A stretch of DNA of 64,000 nt from the human T2T-CHM13v2.0 reference genome, Homo sapiens (GCF_009914755.1 NC_060929.1); one strand, 5' to 3'; shown: positions 28,671 through 42,529, numbered from the stretch's first letter. Program-made: numbers and translations. The notes: a model not told the origin generated them from the letters alone.

Positions 28671-29709
28671 TTTGTTTTCACCTTTCCAGAATTGGTGGCT
28701 CCCTGCTGGAACTTGAACAGACTTCTTCAGCACACCTGTGTCCCCTACACCGGAAAGTCCTTCAAGGTCGGGAGATCTTCAACCCACAATGTCCAACATG
28801 GCCCCTGGGGCTGAGTGGCTGCTTATTAAATGCCTGTGATTTGCCAGAATGCTGTTTCATTCTTTATTGCTCACAAAGCATTATTGAAAACACTGTCTCA
28901 CTTGAAAGGTCTTTCCTTGAGACTTGCATCCTGGCTCTCGGGAAAGTCTCCTGATATCTTGCACCTCAGTGTCCCAGTCAATCAGGGTATGATCACAGCT
29001 ATTAGTGGACTGAGGTCCATGTTCTCACAGTCCTGCAGCTGCTTCTTGAATGTGGAGAGGAGCCACCATTTACATATGTTAGTGAGTTCAAGTGCTGTCA
29101 GGCAAAATGCAAAACTTTTCATCATCATTAGCCCCAACTTTGAAAGGCAAATACACATTTCAGTTTCCACTTTTCTGTGCACTCAGATTCTGGTATTGTT
29201 TGTGCAGAGTATGCCTCACTGTAGAAGCGTTTAAAATGAATCTGAATAGATAACAAGCACATAACTTAATACCTCAGATGGATAGTTGGATTTCTGACCC
29301 CTGTTTGAAGCTTTAAGGCAGGTCAAGTCTACTATGGCGTGAATATTATAACCATTGTGCCTAGGGTGCTGCATTTACCTTGGTGAGTCTCCTTCCTACT
29401 GAAGCCAACGAATAATTCAATTAAAACATTGATTAAGTACTTACTGTGTATTTTCCACAGCAACTTTCACAGTGCTTTGTACAAAGTTGTTATCTGAGTT
29501 ACAGAAGGCTTGGCTTTCTCTGGAAGAGTTTGTGGATATCTCGTCTTTCTTATAGATTAGAACTAAAAGAGTAGCTTAAATGTGACCATTACTGAAAGAG
29601 AGGATTAGAAACTGGGAGCATAAACAGGCAAGATCATGCCCAGCTAAGAGATCAATCCACCCTTGCATTATAGGAGGAAAATTAGATTTTCCCTTAAGAA
29701 CAAGTAGGA

Positions 29710-29850
29710 AATAATAATTAGCTGATATTTATTGAGCTCTTATCATATTAAACACTTTAAAGGATTGCAGAGTCAGATGAGTGGCGGTGATGGGATTTGA
29801 ACCGAGAGTTTGGTGTCAGGTTCCTCTCGACTTACCCATTGTCTATACAA
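29710..29850 (-). mobile_element. MIR fragments
   Basis: agctgatatttattgagctctta; gggatttgaaccgagagtttgg. Confidence 0.5.
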
Positions 29851-30302
29851 CACCTGCCAGCTTCTGATAACTGCATCAGGTCCCACCTCTGCAGTGAACA
29901 ATTGACAAATGTGCCCCAGCTCTGTTGTACTCAGTGCCCCTAGTCCCTGTTCTGTGAACATGGTAGGGAAAATTGATGGAAGAGTCTGGATCAGCTCTCT
30001 CTCCAAAGTTGGAAGTCTTGGACTACTTACACAGGATGGCTTTGGGTTTGGGAGAGAAATGGAGTAGACTTGTGTACCTGTGTGTGTGTGTGCGTGTGCA
30101 TGTGCAGAGATGCAGGCAGGGGAGGCAAACAGGCAGGGAGACCCCTTGGAGTATCTGCACCCTCACTGCTCTTGGAGCATCTTCTCATTTTGAAAACTGA
30201 CCCACCATCTTGGCGAAAGTGCTGCTTCTGGTCTGGATCCCTTGATTCTACTGAGAGTGAAGTACAACCTCTGACTCTTTTGCCCTTGAACTAAAGACCT
30301 CA

Positions 30303-30604
<302 letters not shown>

Positions 30605-32522
30605 AGAGACCTCATGGAAAGACATGCCAGCCAACATCTGGTGCAGGATGCAGAGCTCAGGCTGCAAATCTGCCACTGCATAGTCACTGTTGATCTCTAT
30701 TTCCAGGCACCCAGAGGAGCCCAGGTTTTCAAGCCTCTCTTCACTGAACTTGCGTCACCTACAGAGGCAAAAATGAATTTTAGAAAGCTGTAGAAATTCA
30801 AAGCCAACCATAACAACCCATGTCCCTGAAGGTATTTGAATTTAGCTTCTGATGAAAATAAGGCCATTTCAATGACATAATACAGCCACATTTATATCAT
30901 CCTGCCATCTCCATTTGGAGACAGCTCAGTGCTTGTCCCCAGCCAAAACTAACAGCCGGACTTCTTTTGCAATGTTTAGAAGGCACTCTTTTATTTAGTG
31001 CTGAGAAATCCTCTCTAAAGGAATGTTTCATAGAACTATGCTCAACATCCTGCTCTTTTGTAGGAAAATAAATCCAGGATGGTTGCAAGGATAATCAATT
31101 ATCATAGAGTAAAAATGCATACTTTTAAACAAGGCTATTGTTTCAGCAGATGTTTAGCTTATATCATTATAAAGGCTTCAAATAAAACAATTTGGTAATG
31201 CTTTTTCTTTTAACCTCTCTTTCTGTCAATAAATAAATGCTGGATATCATAGTCCACATGACGAGTTTATTCTCCTCTATACCAAGCTGTTATTCACGTG
31301 ACTTTTATTGAGCATCTACTGTATGTAGGCCTCTATTCTGGGTGCCATGGCAAATGTAAAGTTGAAAAAGATATTCTTTGCCTCTCAAGAGGAGACTGGG
31401 AAGATATCATCATATATGAAACATCTCAATAAACCAGGTGACAATCAGTACTAGCTGAAGGATCCCCTAGAAGTCAAGAGGAGGAACCTTAAAGGATGGG
31501 AATTCAAATGGTACCTACACTTATTTGCAAGGCTTTTCTGAGTAGATGTGAGATCAGAAGAGTCATACATGATTATGTCGTACAAGTGATTGGAGAATGG
31601 CCACATTCACTTTAACCATTCCTTGTCAATGAATGCTGAAGTCTGTTTCAGCCCCACTGCAAAACCTCAAATTGGGCCAGAGCAGATTACACTAAACATT
31701 GACTTTCTTTAACAGGGACAAGGAGAACTGTACTCCCACCCCCTGCACCTCTTCTACTGGGGAACAGAGAGGAGTTCATCAGAGATTTCAAGAAGCCTGG
31801 CATGTCCTTGCCCCCACCAGCAGTCTGATCTCCGAAAAGGTTGAGGGGTGCATAGCAGTCTTGGGAAGATGCTGGTTCCTGGTCCCATAAGCAGCTGATC
31901 TCTGAAGCCCATTTCCCATGTGGGGTCCTGCGTTTCACCAGACAAGAACTCTGGCTCCCCTGCTACCTCTTGGGCCATGTTTCTTTCTTAGCATAGCTTC
32001 CCAGAGATGTGCAGACGCCAGGGGAGTGGATCCAGCCAAAACATGTTCTTGGCAGAGATGCCAAGACAGAGCCCTGAAAAACAAAGGAAGTCTAGCAGAT
32101 AACTGGCTCTTTCTGAAGGAATCTGGAGTTTTGACTGCCCACATTGAGCTGTTGGCACCAGCAGGAATGGAAACTGGGCCTTGCAAACAGAGTCCCAGCT
32201 TGTCTGTGCACCATGGTGGCCTGGACACAGTCAAATCACAGTCTCCCACACCCCCAGCCCAGCACACACGCAGGCTGAGTGAAGGCTGCATGCAGGACAT
32301 TGCACGGCTCCTTTTTTGTGGTGTGGTCTTTACCAGAAGCCCAGCCAAACCACTGAGAAGGGGGCTTAGACACACACCGGGAGCTGTGGGCTCCAACTAC
32401 CAGCGAGGTCTGCTCCAGGCCAGGGAGGGATGAGGGGATTTGTTGTGATTTCTTCACACACACACTCTTTATATTTATCCAAGCCACAGATAAGAAACAA
32501 TCCTTCTAAACCCAGGGCAGTA

Positions 32523-32825
32523 ATTTTTATTTTTTTTATTTTTTTTTGAGATGGAGTCTTGCTCTGTCGCCAGGCTGGAGTACAGTGGCGAAACCTTGCC
32601 TTACTGCAACCTCTGCCTCCCGGGGTTCAAGTGATTCTCCTGCCTCGGCCTCCTGAGTAGCTGGGATTACAGGCAACCGCCACCATGCCCAGCTAATTTT
32701 TGTATTTTTAGTAGAGATGGGGTTTCTCCAAGTTGGCCAGGATGGTCTCGATCTCTTGACCTCGTGATCTGCCCGCCTTGGCCTCCCAAAGTGCTGGGAT
32801 TACAGGTGAGCCACTGCGCCCGGCC
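32523..32825 (-). mobile_element. AluSc-like
   Basis: gtcgccaggctgg, ggccaggatggtctcgatctcttgacctcgtgatc; TSD cagggcagta / cagggtagta. Confidence 0.93.
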
Positions 32826-32839
32826 CAGGGTAGTATCTC

Positions 32840-33005
32840 TCTGATATCAGAATCATTTGGTTTGCTCATTAAAAAGGCAGATTTCTGGTCTCCTCTTTCG
32901 ACCTGCCTGGTGAACGTGAATCGGAGGATAGAAACTGAGAATTTGCATGGTTTAAGAAATGCCTCAAGTGAGTCCTTTGTCCTAGATCAGTGAAATCGTA
33001 TCTCA
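32840..33005. mobile_element. MER5-type hAT fragment
   Basis: atcagaatcatttgg...ttaaaaaggcagatttctgg...gaatttgcatggtttaag...cctcaagtga. Confidence 0.55.
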
Positions 33006-33254
33006 AGCTGCAAATAGAAAGAGCAAAGGACTGAGAAGTTTGAGTTTTGTATCCCAAGCAGGTGGTGATGGCATCATAGAAGATATAAATGGAATATAAG
33101 ACATTCACTCACTTCCCCAAACATACTTAGATCCTGAGTCTTGGTTTCCGCATTTTAAAAGGATAGAGTTGGGTGACTGAATGAAGCTGGAACTAAAAGT
33201 GTGCCTGGTTCTGTCTGGGTTAAACATAGGACCCCACAAGGGAATGGACTCCAG

Positions 33255-33460
33255 GAACCAGGTTCATATTGTATCAGTAACAAGCTGATATTAGTAGCTG
33301 TAGGACATTGGGCAAGTTACTTAACACCCCTGTGTCTCAGTTTCTCCATCTAAAAATGGTTATAATATTATATACCTCATAGGTACTATAGGTGTATAAT
33401 GCATTTACAAGTGCTGTAACAGTGTGTGGTAGAAATACTCAACAAATGTTACCTGTTACT
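33255..33460 (+). mobile_element. MIR
   Basis: ttgggcaagttacttaacacccctgtgtctcagtttctccatctaaaaatgg. Confidence 0.82.
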
Positions 33461-34170
33461 ATGCATTTTGCATTGCACTAATGAACTTTTGGAAGATCTT
33501 CCAGCTTAGTGAGAGCTTAATGGAGCTTGAACATAAATTTCACTTTGTGTGCTGGGATAGTAAGCCATGTTCTTTTAGAGTCAACACATTTTTACTGAGG
33601 CCCTACCTTGTGCAAAGGTGCTTTGCCTTCATGGAGCTATTCATCTTGTTGGGAGACACTTATTTTATTGTTGGCTTACTTGTCCAGAAACACACGAAGT
33701 ATTATGAACAAGAGAAGCATCTGCCAGTACTTGGAATCCTTTCTGCTTTGCTTTCATGGCTATAATTTCATTTTGACCCCAAACAACAGCCCTGAGCAAA
33801 ATGTGCAGTACTCTGAAGAGTGGTTTTCAATACTTAATATCTTAAGGAGTTTGTTGGTCCTTGGGAACTAACAAGGGTGGCAGATGAAATTGATTTAAGG
33901 GTCTCCCTCCTCCCCCATATACACACTTTTTCCAGCCAGAATTCCTCTCTTCTAACATGCTTATTGGATTTCCTTATAAGGCTATGGTTGAATCAGGGTC
34001 CTGCTGGGTGTAGAGAGTGGGGTGGAAGAAGAATTCCAAGGTGTGGCTTTGTCCTGGGCAAGTTAGGACTTCTGAGGGACCATGACACAGAACTGATACA
34101 TTCAGGAAAGAGGGGCAGAGTTTAGTGTTTGCTTCCCTTTGGGTTATTCTCAGTGGATAGGAGCCAGTAA

Positions 34171-34397
34171 ACCAAACTTGTCCAACCTGTGGCCCACGGG
34201 CTGCTGCATGCAGCCCAGGATAGCTTTGAATGTGGCCCAACACAATTTCATAAACTTTTCTAAAACATTACGAAATTTTTTTGCGATTTTTTTTTTCAGC
34301 TCATCAGCGATCCTTAGTGTTAATGTATTTTATGTGTGGCCCAGGACAATTCTTCTCCCAATGTGGCTCAGAAAACTCAAAAGATTGGACACGCCTG
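34171..34397. mobile_element. MER30 hAT fossil
   Basis: ttgtccaacctgtggccc...gctttgaatgtggcccaacac...aaaagattggacacgcctg. Confidence 0.9.
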
Positions 34398-35469
34398 CAA
34401 CAATTTAGACCCCACTAAAATCATTTCTGAGCACACCTTCACTTACAGTTACACACAAAAACCCTGCAAATATGATGTTGAAATAGGGGAATAACATCCC
34501 AAATTAAAAAAAAATTCATGACAAGGCTGAAAGACATATAATACATTTATAAATATACACCATTTTGGAATGTTTTTAAAAATTGAGCGTCTTATTCATA
34601 AAATAAGCATCTTTAGGATAATTAATGTTTGTCAGCATACTTGTTTCAGTGCACTGGAAATTAACTAACTGAATTTCCTTTAAAAACTAAATTTTTGTTA
34701 CAAATAGAACTACAAGCTATTGAACTTACAATTTTGCAATTTTAAAGCAGCCGGAAAATAATTTTATAGTGATTCATTTTTGAACTTTGTCTCCAGAATA
34801 TATTTTTCTAGAAAAATATATTTTGAAATTTGTGTCTAAGAATACATATTTCAAAATGTGTTTATGTCTCCTTATTGGTAGACATAAACACATTTTGTGT
34901 TTTTTGTGTTTTCTAGAGTCTCAAAATATATTTGTGTTGCTCTGGGCCATTTGGGGGAGAATATTCCCAAAGTAGTGCTTATTATAATCATAAGCCTTAA
35001 TTATTATTATTAATATTATAATACTATATATCGTTTTCCTTTCTTAGTCTTTAGCAGAGTTCACTTTGAAAACGCCAGCTTCCCTTTGCTGTGAAAAGGG
35101 AAAATATAAGAAAATTCTTACAGACAATAAAAACCATAGAAAAGCCACCAAGTTTCTAAAATACTTGCTGGGCTTCCATGTTTCCCTGTAAAATCAGTGC
35201 CTCTGATCTTCTTCTGCTCCAGGCTTTAAGGAGTGGCACCATTTTCCCTGGTGCATTTCCTGGCATTTTTTTCTTCTTGCTGTTTGCCTTGTTTTATTTT
35301 ATTAAAGTGACCTCATCATGTTGGTCCCAGCAGGTCAATCAATTGCCCCATTGATTTCAGGAATGGAAAATAATGGCCGTCTATGGGCTGGAGGTAGCAT
35401 ATGTAGTGGATGCTGTGGTCTCAGCAGAGATCTTTCAGGACGAGGTACTCATATACCAACTATGGGGAG

Positions 35470-35638
35470 AGTTGGCTGACTTCAGGTACAACCTGTGTAC
35501 AGGGCCCCATGCTCAGAGGGCCTCGCACTTGATTTAATGCTCTGCTGCTGCCATCTTGAAATTTGTAATACTTTTTGAACATTGGCTTCAACATTTTCTT
35601 TTTGCACTGGGCCCTACAAATTATGTATTCAGTCCTGA
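35470..35638. mobile_element. MER45A hAT-Tip100 fossil
   Basis: acagggccccatgctcagagg...tttaatgctctgctgctgccatcttgaaatt...gcactgggccctacaaattatgta...tcctg. Confidence 0.85.
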
Positions 35639-36489
35639 TGACCACACTCACGGGGAAACCTACCTAGAGCATCATGTGCAGTGGAAACCTGAGATGTTCC
35701 CTGAGCTCATCAGGAGTGACTGTTTTGATGTGTTGGCTCTGCCTACCATGGATGTGGGAAGAGGTGAGGGGCAATGGGGATGCTAAATGCTTCCCATCAC
35801 TGGCTGACTGGGGCAAACACCAGCTTAGGAGAAAGGCTTAGCTGGGTGCTCCAATCCTCTGGGCCCACTCACGTCTTTGTTCTGGTCTAAGAGATGCTAG
35901 ACTCTAGCCTTCCTAAGCTTCTGAAGCTTTCCATGATGCTCAGTCAGGGGCATCCACTCTTCTCCTTCCCTTTCCCCATCAGGCCCATTCAGAAGTGGGC
36001 CTGAACGGGGATGAGGCCCTCTAAGTCTACTGATATCACTTTTTCATTTTCACAACCCAACAATACTTTACCTGCTTAAACAATGAAGCACATGACATTT
36101 TGATGAAGTCTTCCTGGTGCAACTTTTTTTTTTATCTCTGGAGCATTTTGCTATGGGGAGAAAAATCAAGCAATAAAATCTTCAGTGAAAAAAAAAATTG
36201 AGTTGTATGCATAACGGAAACATCACCTCATCTCTTCTGTTCTCTTTTAATAGCACTTTTGCAAAACTACCCAGTAAACCTGTACGTTGTTCATGCCTGA
36301 GCCATGCTCAACCTCTATACCTTTCCCCAGCCCCTACTCTGCTTTTTGCCCCAAACCTGCCTCTTTCCACAACTACAATTTCTATTCCTAGAGTTGCATC
36401 AAAAATGAGTAAGGAAAAAAGAAAACTGCTTATTACTGCTAAGTGGAATGTTCATCTAAACAGAAAATGCACCCAATTTTAAATTAGTA

Positions 36490-36690
36490 AAAATAATTGC
36501 TAACATGCATATAACACTTGAAAGAATACCTGGCACAGATATTAAGCACTTTAGAACTCACTTACTCCTCACAGTGTGTTGCAGCACAAAGAAGTTAAAT
36601 GAATTTCCTAATATTACTTTACAGTGAAAGTGGATGGGGCCAGGATTCAAAACCAGTTTGCCTGTATTCTTTCTTAACCACTATGCCATC
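36490..36690 (-). mobile_element. MIR fragment
   Basis: cacaaagaagttaaatgaatttcctaa...gccaggattcaaaaccagtttg...cttaaccactatgcca. Confidence 0.6.
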
Positions 36691-37741
36691 TCCACATGTG
36701 TCCTCAAGTCAAATGGTGAGGACTTCATCAAATATGTTATTTTTTTACCTTAAATATAAAGTTTAAGAGACTAATGAGGCAATAGCCAAATAGACAACTT
36801 GGTCAAAGTTTGCACATTGACAAATGCAAATTCTAGTTCAGTGTGGAACAGTGGATGTGTGACAATTGGTAAATGAATTTTATTTGTTCAGTCTTGAAAA
36901 GACCAAGAATACAAGCAGAACATGTAAAGGGGAGAGCCATCATAAAAGTGCTTAAATGTATCAGAATGGAGAGAAGAATTTTGCGACTTTGCACCTGAAA
37001 AAGGAATACAAACACAGAACTACTTCCAAATATCTGAAATAAATCTCCTATAATTTTCTTATGAATTAATCATAAATAAAATATTATCTTTCAACCTTTT
37101 GTACATTTTGAATAACTGTTACCATAATTCATTTTCATCAAATATCCTTTGGCGTGAGAAAAGTGGATTTTCAGATATTTTATTAGTGTCAATTTTATCA
37201 AAGAAATTTTCTAATAATATAGATTTTGCCAGCTGGTACCAACAAGGAGGAATGAAGTGGTGGTGGGGTGGGGTAGGCTAGGTTCAGGGACAGGGAGTGG
37301 AAAGAGGGGCGCTAGAAAAGATAATAAAAATAGTACATACTAGGTAACAGGTTTCAACAAAAATGATAATTGAGGAGACACGCCAGAGTGGTGTGAGGGT
37401 CAAAACAGGGCAGTTGACATTACCTGATAATTTATTTTTTAAGCTCTGTGTTAAAACAGTTGTGTCAAAATGGCCTCTTGGTAATCCCCTGCATAACAAC
37501 TCCGTGGGGTGAGATGTGTGAAATGCCTGGGATGGTGCCGGGCCCTCTGGAGGGGCCATACTCTACATGACCTTGCAAACGGCTTCTCTTTCACAGCTTT
37601 CCAGAAGAGCAAACCTAAGTCAGAGTAGAGAGGCTTGTTCCAACCAGCTCTAGGCTTTCGCCTTCACGCAGCAGGAAACCCGGGCTGCTCTCCAGCTTCT
37701 CCAAGACTTCACCCAGCTTTCAAACTCAAACTGCTGGACTG

Positions 37742-37769
37742 GAGAGAGAGAGAGAGAGAGAGAGAGAGA
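37742..37769. repeat. (GA)n microsatellite
   Basis: About 14 GA units. Confidence 0.95.
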
Positions 37770-38404
37770 ACATTTTCTCCAATTTCAAAATCTCTGTACA
37801 AAACTCATGTAATTGTTCAGTAGTCACCAAGGTGCGGGCTCCCATCATTCCTTTTGGAATTCATTCCCCATTTATATTCTAACTCTACATGAAGCTTTCT
37901 TTAACAATGGCTGCTGCATAGATAGTATGTTGACTTTAATAACTTAAAAATAGCTGCCACGGTGCATTTTTAGATATAGTTAATGGTACTTTCTGAGAAT
38001 CTGTGGTTTTTGAAAGATAGTGATCTTCCCCCCAACCCCAGTCCACAGATATGTGAAGCTAAAAAATAAAAAGGGGGAGGGACTTGGAGACAGATATCCT
38101 GAGCGTATGCTATGTTTTTCTGACACCTCTGAGTTTTATAAACTTAGAGAACCATTCTTGGATCCTTAGTTTTTGTATCTATAAAATGGATGTCACACTA
38201 TGCCTCATCTTTAAATGAAACTTGAGACAGCTGAATAATAGCAGATTACATTTAAAAAAATTTTTTGGTGAAGAATTTTTATTTTAAGAGGGCTTGGTAT
38301 CTTCTTTGTTGTTTGTTTTTTATTTGTCATTTCCTGACATAGGGTATTGGTATCTAAAAGGATGGCTCATGAGGAAAAAATATAGACCAATGACTGGCAC
38401 TGAC

Positions 38405-38600
38405 TGCTAATATTTATTGCATATGTACAAATATTTTACATGTATCACTTCATTTTAGCCTCATAACAATCTTACAAGATATGTATTTTTATTATCTACC
38501 TGTATAGATAAAGAAAACAAGCATAGAGAGAGTTGAGCCACCCGCTTGCCTAAGGTCAGCCAGGAGAAATGGTAGAAGCTGGATCTGAGCCCTGGCCACA
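38405..38600 (-). mobile_element. MIR fragment
   Basis: ttcattttagcctcataacaatctt...gcttgcctaaggtcagc...gctggatctgagccc. Confidence 0.6.
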
Positions 38601-39244
38601 CCCCTCCAGGGCCCGACCTCAAGACCTCATAACATCATCCTTTGAAGGCCTGAGGTGGGACCCTTCCCACCTCCACTCCATGGGCCAGCTACTAGAGCAG
38701 TAATTCTGCTCAGACATAAGGTCTCTTTTAAAATATTATTTACTTTTTATTCATTCTATAGGCCTCACTTTAGATTGGATTTATCTCAATAGAGAGGAAT
38801 ACAAATGTGGATAAAAATCATGTCTACATATTGAAAACTTCATTAGAAATAAACATTTTAATGTTCTGCCATGAGTTTCCTAACTTAGTCCTTTTGAGGC
38901 TGACAGTAAAAATTTGCCTTCAGAGGTAACAGTGGGTAGGCCACCGAATGCTCTCCCAATCAGAGAACTTATAGTTTATAACCAGCAATCTAGGGACATG
39001 AGCATTTTAAAATTCCAGTTTTTTTGAAGGTGTATCATGTTTTAAAAAAAAATTTTTCAGAAAAAGCAATGCATTAGAATCCATACATGTATTTGTAGAA
39101 TGTATGGAGTGGCTATTCTTAATTGTGGCTGATCACAATAGCTGGCATATCATAGGGGATCAGTAAATACATTTCAAATGAACAGATGGACAAATGAACT
39201 TGGTAAAGCCAATGTCACTTCCAGTTCTTGCCAAAATAATATTA

Positions 39245-39450
39245 TCTAATATTTATTGATAGCTGATTATATGCCAAGTATAGTCTAAATGTATAAAATG
39301 CCCTCACTCATTTAACTCTCAAACAATGCTAGGAGGTAAGGACTATTTTTAATCTTTATTTTTCACGAGAATCTTGAGGACCAGAAATAGTAACTTGCTC
39401 AAAGTAAGTTACGCACCCAAAATTCAGACTTGGGTCCTATGGCCTGAGTC
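39245..39450 (-). mobile_element. MIR fragment
   Basis: atatttattgatagctgattatatgccaag...catttaactctcaaacaatgctaggaggtaagg...taacttgctcaaagt. Confidence 0.6.
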
Positions 39451-39964
39451 TATGCTGGAAGCAAAAGGGACAAGCTTTGTCTTGAAGAAACAAAGCTTAT
39501 CTAGGCCTGAATAAGCTACGCTCAAGCGTACTCAGAGAAGCGATTTGCAGATTTTCTGAAGGGGCCTCCTGGGGTTAAGTGATTAGGCTGACCAAGGAGG
39601 TTATGCAAGGGCATTATATATCAGCAAAAGCCAGGTGGGCAATGAGTGAAAGTAAGCTGTGGGCCCACGCACTATAAGGAAAGGACTAAAAGAATCATCA
39701 GTTCCTGAGGCCAATGGAGATGGCACTCCATTGTAAGGATTCTGTTGGGGATCCAGTTAGAAATATTCTTTGATAAGTGAATGAGACTGAACATACGGGG
39801 ATTATGGACCTCAATTTTCAACATCTAACTTCAGTGTGGTGTCCAATATCTTATCCCCTGGCAGAATGGGCAAAGGGTCAGAGAAGCCTAACCTCAAATA
39901 CCTCCTTAAGCTACAAGGACCATGACATGGGGGAATAAAGTTCATCACTGTCTAGAAATAGATT

Positions 39965-40277
<313 letters not shown>

Positions 40278-40453
40278 AGAGTAGGGTCTCATCTTACGCT
40301 CTGGCCTACAAGACGAAATAGTAATTCCCAGCAAGAGATCATCTGGATAGATTAAAAAGGGATTCATAAAATCGTGCACCCTTTACAACCTCTCTTTGAC
40401 CATCATAATGAGTAAAAGAGCTTGTGGGGGCAACTCAAAAGAGGGTTCTCCTA

Positions 40454-40823
<370 letters not shown>

Positions 40824-41883
40824 AAAAAAAAATCAGGAAGGAGTATACAGAAGTTCTGAGAGCTTGACATGGTCCCGTAACTCTGTTTCTTTTCTTGAGA
40901 CTCACCCAGGGGTTCGATACCACCTTGTTCTTCACCAGAGTCAGGCCAGAACAATGCAAGACAATCCTTTCACAGGTGTGACCTGTGCACCACCCACTGC
41001 TGCTTCAGTATTGTTGTCATATCCTGATAAATTTTTACATAGATGTTGTATTATTACATATTATATGTGTATGTGTGTGATATTCCCCAAATTCAGTGGA
41101 TACAAGAGACCAGCAGCTTTCAAAAATGCATTTAAAAGAGGTCTTTTTTTTAAACTGACAGAATTATGTCTGGAATCTCAGCACATAAAATAAACAGGAG
41201 CTCTCTGGTTGAAGTTGGCGTGGGATGGGGCTGGAGCCATTCTGCCAGGAGTGGTGGAGGGAAGGCTGGGGATCTTCCTACAAACCTAGCCACCCACAGA
41301 GAAGAACACCTTTAGGGCACTGCACTCAGGGTTTTGAGCGTGTACTACAGAGAGTGCACCACAAAGGTTTTCAAAGAGCTTTGAGTATCTACTATTTCCC
41401 ACAGCACAACAAAAATTTTTATCCCTTGAGAAGAATTATTCTGTAAGTGACAGGGAAACTATAGAGTCACATTGAGGAGGACGCTTTGCTATACCTCATT
41501 TTCCTGCAGGCTCCTTAGCCCCTTGTAAAATCATGGGTGCTGAATGTGTGTGTGTATGCGTGTGCGGGTGGGAGGTGCAACGCGGCAGCATTGCCTATCA
41601 CCTCCCACCAAGAGCAGCCATGCCCCAGTTCCTTGCTGAGTCAAAAATATTCTCTTCCATACTTCTTTCAAAACGATTGGTGGCTACTTGCCTTAGATCT
41701 ACTTAACTAAAGAGCTATTCAAGGACTTCTTGAAAAATCAGACAGTGATTTTATAATAAAAGGCTGACAGTGTCTCTGGGACTGAGAGACGGACCTGAGT
41801 ACTAAGATTAGAAATGGAGGAGGCTGATGAAGTATATGTATTCGTTGATGCTACAGCAGCAGCACAGCGGATCATTCCCCAAC

Positions 41884-42166
41884 TATCAGGAACCATGAAA
41901 GGTCTGAGAGAAGGAGGCTGGGAACTTTTTTGTCCTTGGTTGGGTCACAATGCTCCTGTAAATCTTTAACAAAACATAATTAGTTGTTTATATACTTCCT
42001 CTTTAATCCCAGAGTTCGATTTACAAAATATTTGATTGCTGTTTTTGTATATTATCTCAGTGCTCTAAAATTACCCTAGCAAACGTGCAGGAATGGGTGT
42101 AGGCCCCTTAAATAAAAATGGAATTAGTTATGTTGGGTTTTTTTTTTTTGCTGTTTCACTGTTACA
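41884..42166 (-). mobile_element. ERV1 3' LTR (LTR37/MER4-group-like, probably internally deleted)
   Basis: On the minus strand it begins TGTAACAGTGAAAC...aacataactaattccatttttatttaagggg, directly after the purine-rich gacagtggggaat (PPT-like). The far end is tcaggaaccatgaaaggtctgaga. Confidence 0.65.
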
Positions 42167-42299
42167 ATTCCCCACTGTCAAAGGCTCATTCCACAATTTT
42201 GTGGGATTAGGGACAATGGGATGTCATCTCTCAGCTGGCTACTTCTTGCCGAACAGGGTCAACGTGGGGCAACTGTGGAATGAAACTTTTTGACCTGGC

Positions 42300-42529
42300 A
42301 GTGAGCTGATGTTCAGGCCCTTGTTCCTTCCAGGTCTTTAGGAGGACCTATTTCTTAGTTGAAAAGGATGCAGGTCCATATCCATGGGAAAAATGATTCT
42401 GCTGGAAGCAAACTTATAAACAAAAGTTAGTATAATATCTAGCGTCTTAACATATTTGGCAATTGTTAAATCTCTTAGAGCATCAGTTGGTTCTCACACC
42501 AGGGCAGAAACCTGGAATGGCCTACCATA
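42300..42529 (-). pseudogene. ERV pol remnant: integrase C-terminal region
   Basis: Manual translation: YGRPFQVSALV*EPTDALRDLTIAKYVKTLDIILTFVYKFASSRIIFPMDMDLHPFQ-(1-nt frameshift)-VLLKTWKEQGPEHQLT. YGRP and HPFQ(PGDW)VLLKTW are gammaretrovirus-like integrase signatures. Confidence 0.8.

Noticed and set aside
35974-36010. Short hairpin ccccatcaggccca...tgggcctgaacgggg
   Set aside because: The stem is too short for a pre-miRNA, and such stems are expected by chance in 64 kb.
37296-37314. CTCF-like aagaggggcgcta
   Set aside because: It lacks the 5' CC core and the spacing does not fit the motif.
39080-39108. 9-bp inverted repeat tccatacat / atgtatgga
   Set aside because: Short, AT-rich and without supporting context.
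40911-40921. Pol III B-box match GGTTCGATACC
   Set aside because: There is no convincing A-box, cloverleaf or terminator, so it is probably a chance match (at most an isolated TFIIIC site).
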